From: Spirochaetia bacterium
Lineage (GTDB): Bacteria > Spirochaetota > Spirochaetia > SZUA-6 > Bin103
NCBI GenBank assembly: GCA_965199955.1
Contig: CBDATQ010000002.1
Span: forward strand, 1,184,001-1,248,000
Direction of reading: 5' to 3'
Length of the DNA: 64,000 nucleotides
This document shows, one piece after another, positions 59,845 through 64,000 of the stretch; the first letter of the stretch is position 1, and each line of letters opens with the position of its first letter. The notes beneath the pieces were generated by a model. The model saw only the letters and a program-made list of their open reading frames with translations, did not search any database and was not told the DNA's origin. Position numbers and translations under genes: made by a program.

Positions 59845-60555
59845 GTGCGTGCGGGAAGGATCGTCGCCACCGGTCTCCTGCTTTGCGCCGGCCGCGCCGT
59901 CGCGCTTCAGCCGCTTGACCTGACGCTCGCTCTGGCGGGCTCGGCCCTCACGGGCGGCGGCCTCCTGGTCGCCAACCGGGTCCCTCCGGTGACGGAGGAG
60001 CAGCGCCTTCAACTCCGCATCGAGGATCTGCCCCCGATGGACCGAGTGCTGGTGTTTCCGGACCAGCCACTCATCGGCGGCATCAGCGACATGGTCGCCT
60101 ACAGCCAGGTCCTGGTGCCGGTCGGCGCTGCAGCGTTCGGACTGGAGCGCCGGGACGCACAGGATGTGCTGGCCCGCCACTACCAGGTGCTGGCCATCAC
60201 CTATGGCAGCTCATACCTGATCAAGGCCGCCGTCTGGCGTGCACGTCCGTTCCTGTACGACCCGAACGTCTCTCCCGCGCGAGCCGCCGACCGGACGGGA
60301 GCCAACTCGTTTCCGTCCAGCCACGTCGCCGTCGCCTTTGCGAGCGCCACGTTCATCAGCACCATCGCCGACCAGTACTGGGACGAACGCTACACGACGA
60401 TCCTCACTGTCGGCTCCTACGCAACGGCTTCGATGGCGGCGATTCTTCGGATCGCCGCCGGCCGTCATTTCGTGAGCGACGTTCTGGCGGGCGCACTCCT
60501 CGGAATCGCGGTCGGGTGGGCCGTGCCGACCGCGCACGTACTGTCTGCCCGCTGA
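59845..60555 (+). CDS. PAP2-family phosphatase (start uncertain)
   Basis: KAAVWRARP, SFPSSH, RIAAGRHFVSDV. Confidence 0.85.
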   Translation: MRAGRIVATGLLLCAGRAVALQPLDLTLALAGSALTGGGLLVANRVPPVTEEQRLQLRIEDLPPMDRVLVFPDQPLIGGISDMVAYSQVLVPVGAAAFGLERRDAQDVLARHYQVLAITYGSSYLIKAAVWRARPFLYDPNVSPARAADRTGANSFPSSHVAVAFASATFISTIADQYWDERYTTILTVGSYATASMAAILRIAAGRHFVSDVLAGALLGIAVGWAVPTAHVLSAR

Positions 60556-60591
60556 TGTGGCCGGGCCCACTGACGTGAACGGCCCGCGGAC

Positions 60592-61038
60592 GTGAGGGCA
60601 GCCCGGAAGTGCGCGTGCGCGGCACTGGCAGGTCTGCTGGCCGTCGCGCTCGTCGCCTGTCGGGGCGGGGCAGCGGAGACCGTCAGGCTCGGGGTCGGGG
60701 AGGAGCGGTTTACCGTCTGGGTGGCACGCACCCCGGAGCAACGGGCGCGCGGGCTGATGTATCGCACCGACCTGGGGCCTCGGCAGGGCATGCTGTTCGT
60801 GTTCGAGAACGAACAGGTGCTGTCGTTCTGGATGAAGAACACGCCGCTGCCGCTGTCGATCGCGTTCCTGTCCGCCGACGGTGAAATCCTGCAGATCGAG
60901 CCGCTGACACCGTTCTCGGAAGTGATCGTGAGCTCCTGGCGACCCGCGCGCTATGCGCTGGAGATCAACGCCGGCGCCTTCGCGGAGGCCGGCGCCCAGG
61001 TCGGAGATCTGGTCGGCTTTCCGCGGAACTGGCGCTAG
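60592..61038 (+). CDS. DUF192-family lipoprotein
   Basis: LVAC lipobox, GLMYR, GMLFVF, FWMKNT, ALEINAG. Confidence 0.88.
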   Translation: MRAARKCACAALAGLLAVALVACRGGAAETVRLGVGEERFTVWVARTPEQRARGLMYRTDLGPRQGMLFVFENEQVLSFWMKNTPLPLSIAFLSADGEILQIEPLTPFSEVIVSSWRPARYALEINAGAFAEAGAQVGDLVGFPRNWR

Positions 61039-61319
61039 CTATAGGAGTCCCCGGCCTCGTCCACGAACGGCTCCAGTTGAGGCTCGCCGTCCGCCAACTC
61101 CGGCTCGTTGATCATGATCTCGATGCGCCGCTCGATCTTGGCGAGCTCCGCGCCGAGATCGCGGGCCAGCTTCATGCCGCACTCGAACAGGTCGACCGCC
61201 TCCGCCAGGGGCACGTCGCCGTCCTTCAGCCGTTCCGCGAGCACTTCCAGCTCGTGAAGGCGTTCCTCGAAGCTGGACTCGCCCGTCCCGGGAGAGCGCG
61301 TCTCCGGTTCAGTCATCAC
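61035..61319 (-). CDS. xseB: Exodeoxyribonuclease VII small subunit
   Basis: SFEERLHELE...PLAEAVDLFECGMKL. Confidence 0.9.
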   Translation of the reverse strand: MMTEPETRSPGTGESSFEERLHELEVLAERLKDGDVPLAEAVDLFECGMKLARDLGAELAKIERRIEIMINEPELADGEPQLEPFVDEAGDSYS

Positions 61320-62550
61320 TACCTCCGGCAGCGACCGGTTCCGTGCCGGTGACGGAGGCCGCCAGCCGGCCGCGGTGCAGCCGTACGCGTATCGGGTCGC
61401 CAGGGGCCGCCTGGGATGCGTCGGTGACCGCGGCGCCGTCGGCGGCGGTCACCAGCGCATAGCCCCGGGCCAGGATGTCGAGCGGCGACCTGGAGCGTAT
61501 CGCCTCGGCGGCAAGCACCACGCGGTGCCGGTTGTCGAGCACGCGTGCCTGCAGCGCACGCGTGGCGGCCGCCACGGCGTCATCCAGACGCTGCGTGGCC
61601 GGTGCCAGCGCCAGGCGCAGGCTGCGCTCCAGTCCGGCCGGCTGGAACCGCTCCAGGGCGAAACGGACGCGCTCGCGCCGCTGGTCCAGGCTGCTGCGCA
61701 TCGAGCCGGCGGCGGCGTGCAGCCGGCGCAGCAGATCGGAGCGTTCGCTGGACACCAGCTCGGCGGCAGCCGACGGGGTAGGGGCACGAACGTCGGCCGC
61801 CAGATCTGCGAGCGAGGTGTCGGTCTGGTGGCCGACCGCGCTCACCACCGGCAATTCGCAGCGAACGATCGCTTCGACCACCGCTTCGTCCGAGAACGGC
61901 AGCAGGTCCTCCAGGGACCCGCCGCCACGGGCCAGGATGACCACGTCGCCCATACGGTGGCGGCTGGCGGTCCGCAGCCGCGAAGCGATGATGCCGGCGG
62001 CTCCGGATCCCTGCACCTGTGCCGGCAAGACCACCAGGTCGATGCCGGCATGCCGCCTCCGCAGCACGTCCAGGATGTCGCGCAGCGCCGCGCCGGCTGG
62101 AGAGGTGATCACCACCACGCGCCGCGGCACCCGCGGGATCGGCCGCTTGCGCTCCAGGTCGAAGCAGCCGTGCGCCGCCAGCCGGCGCTTGCGTTCTTCC
62201 AGCAACGCCAGCAGATCGCCGGTGCCGGCCCGTTGCACCGTTTCGACCACCAACTGGTAGGTGCCGCGTTGTTCATAGACGTCGATCGCGCCGCGCGCGC
62301 GGATCAGCATGCCGTCGTGCGGGACGAAGTCCGCCCGGGCGAGCTGCGTGCGGAACATCGCCGCCTGCAGCACGGCGCGGCGGTCCTTCAGGCTGAAGTA
62401 CAGATGCCCGCTGGCCGCCCGGCGCGCGTTGGACACCTCTCCCTCGACGGTGATGTCCGGAAACGCGCCCCCCAGCATGCCCCTGACTCTCCGTGTGACG
62501 TCCGACACGGAGTAGACGTGGCGCTGAGGCGTCCGAGCTCGCCCGAGCAC
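61309..62550 (-). CDS. xseA: Exodeoxyribonuclease VII large subunit
   Basis: GEVSN, SGHLYFSLKD, RGGGSLEDL, SAVGH, APTPSAAAE, ILARGY. Confidence 0.95.
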   Translation of the reverse strand: MLGRARTPQRHVYSVSDVTRRVRGMLGGAFPDITVEGEVSNARRAASGHLYFSLKDRRAVLQAAMFRTQLARADFVPHDGMLIRARGAIDVYEQRGTYQLVVETVQRAGTGDLLALLEERKRRLAAHGCFDLERKRPIPRVPRRVVVITSPAGAALRDILDVLRRRHAGIDLVVLPAQVQGSGAAGIIASRLRTASRHRMGDVVILARGGGSLEDLLPFSDEAVVEAIVRCELPVVSAVGHQTDTSLADLAADVRAPTPSAAAELVSSERSDLLRRLHAAAGSMRSSLDQRRERVRFALERFQPAGLERSLRLALAPATQRLDDAVAAATRALQARVLDNRHRVVLAAEAIRSRSPLDILARGYALVTAADGAAVTDASQAAPGDPIRVRLHRGRLAASVTGTEPVAAGGSDD

Positions 62551-62643
62551 GCGGCAGATCGTAGTGGCGGCCGGCCCCCTTGGCAACGCGGCGCGGCGCC
62601 GAGCGGGAGCCGGCCTGCACCCGGCATGCGGTACTGCCGATAC

Positions 62644-63708
62644 ATGAAGCGAGGTATGCTCCGTTCACGGGTTGCGTGTGTCCTGGCGCTGGCGGCCGTG
62701 CTCCTCGCCGCGGCGTCAGGGGCATGGTGTGACACCGATCTCATGGATCTGCGCAGCCGGACCGGCTCCACCCTGGAGTGGGATCCGTGGTCTCAGCGGG
62801 GCCTGCTGGTGAACCGCGGCACCACGGTCGCGTTCCGCGTAGGCCTGCCGTGGGCGGTGGTCGACTACGAGGACCGCCTGGACATCGGGCCGGTCACGCG
62901 GGACGGCGCCTCGATCCGCTTCACCGACGAGGGCGCCGCGCTCATCGCCGCGCTCCTGGATCCGCCGCGTCCCGAGCGCCTTGGGCCGCAGGTGGTGGCC
63001 GTCGTGATCGATCCCGGGCACGGCGGCAAAGACCCCGGCGCGGTCAGGGAGCACCGATTCGACGGCCGACGGGTCGTCATCCACGAAAAGGACATCGCAC
63101 TTGCCGTCGGCCTGCGGCTGTCTGCGATGCTTACCGAGGAGTTGCCGTACACGCGGATCCTGATGACGCGCGATGAGGATGTGTTCGTCGAGCTCGAAGA
63201 CCGTCCGGCGATGGCCAACGAAGCCCTTGACGCACTCCCGGAGGACGAGGACATCGTCTTGTTCGTTTCCGTCCACGCGAACACGGTCGCGTTCCGGACG
63301 GAACCCACCGGATTCGAGGTCTGGGTGCTGCCCAAGGAACACGAACGAACGGTTCTTCCCACCGGCTCGACGCCGAGCGGCGACAGCGCCGCACAGCCGA
63401 TTTTCAATGCCATGCTGGACGAGCAGATCAGCCGCGAGAGCGTCGTGCTGGCGAACGAGATCCTGGACGGCCTCGAGACCCACGTGGGAGACCGCTCGCC
63501 GAACCGGGGCTTGCGGGAGGAGAAATGGGCCGTGGTGCGCCGCGCGCGCATGCCGGCGGTGCTGGTGGAGGTTGGCTACATGTCCAATCCGGAGGAGGCG
63601 CGCCGCATGCTGCAGCCGGCTTACTTGAACGACCTCGCGCGCGGCATCTACGATGGGATCCGCGGATTCATCGAGTGGTTCGAGGCGGCGCCGGCAGTGA
63701 CTCAATAG
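62644..63708 (+). CDS. N-acetylmuramoyl-L-alanine amidase (Amidase_3)
   Basis: Signal peptide, IDPGHGGKDPGA, EKD, SVHAN, PAVLVEVGYMSN. Confidence 0.92.
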   Translation: MKRGMLRSRVACVLALAAVLLAAASGAWCDTDLMDLRSRTGSTLEWDPWSQRGLLVNRGTTVAFRVGLPWAVVDYEDRLDIGPVTRDGASIRFTDEGAALIAALLDPPRPERLGPQVVAVVIDPGHGGKDPGAVREHRFDGRRVVIHEKDIALAVGLRLSAMLTEELPYTRILMTRDEDVFVELEDRPAMANEALDALPEDEDIVLFVSVHANTVAFRTEPTGFEVWVLPKEHERTVLPTGSTPSGDSAAQPIFNAMLDEQISRESVVLANEILDGLETHVGDRSPNRGLREEKWAVVRRARMPAVLVEVGYMSNPEEARRMLQPAYLNDLARGIYDGIRGFIEWFEAAPAVTQ

Positions 63709-64000
63709 GCGGAGAAGGGGAGCCGGCGGCCGGGCGAACACCGGCACGATCGCCGGCGGCGAGCGGGCTCGATCGATGGATTGCGCTGGGTGGCCTGACC
63801 GTCACGTTCGCGGTGTCTGTCCTGCTCTTCGTCGGTCGGGAGCCTCCGGTCGCCCACGTGCTGTTCTTCGCCGGCCCGGGTGACGATCTGATCGGCGAGA
63901 CCCGACTGGTCGGCGAGACCCGGTACCTGCCGCGTCGTACCGGCCGTATCGACCCGCTCCGGTTGCTGGTGGACGAGGTGATCCTGGGCCCCCGCTTGCG
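63675..64000 (+). CDS. Probable GerMN-like membrane protein (partial)
   Basis: TM helix then VLFF...ETRYLPR...LVDEVILGP; follows the amidase. Confidence 0.5.
   Translation, partial: MVRGGAGSDSIGGEGEPAAGRTPARSPAASGLDRWIALGGLTVTFAVSVLLFVGREPPVAHVLFFAGPGDDLIGETRLVGETRYLPRRTGRIDPLRLLVDEVILGPRL

Overview
High-GC bacterial chromosome window, probably from a spirochaete. That placement is inference from an amidase-GerMN pair, a guaB type and a conserved hypothetical protein; a host-associated lifestyle is possible but not shown. Left to right it contains: an ABC/MFP exporter; a decayed prophage-like element (portal and terminase fragments, orphan cargo genes) bounded by two end sequences that recur as a 350-bp mini-copy on the far side of a vapBC pair; an ABC-2 transporter; several deletion-scarred pseudogenes; an iron/heme region (hemA-chdC-hemE-cpfC-cgoX, orphan DNA methyltransferase, Fe3+ ABC transporter, HugZ-like gene); a LysW amino-group-carrier operon lysW-lysX-lysY-[Ntn hydrolase]-lysZ-lysJ with no lysK; creD; a deviant transaldolase; an MNT gene with a probably deleted HEPN partner; an SPL-like radical SAM gene; a Cre-like recombinase islet with a relic copy of mgdB/mgdC; a full N-methylglutamate methylamine-utilisation gene set (mgdABCD-gmaS-mgsABC, mgdA frameshifted near its 3' end); and housekeeping genes (glmS, SRAP, guaB, serS, xseAB, amidase). 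The best candidate for an undescribed system is the EgtC/Dug3-like gamma-glutamyl Ntn hydrolase that sits inside the LysW operon and may replace LysK. No rRNA, tRNA or CRISPR array was found. All family calls come from motif recognition by eye, and some 1-bp frameshifts may be assembly errors.
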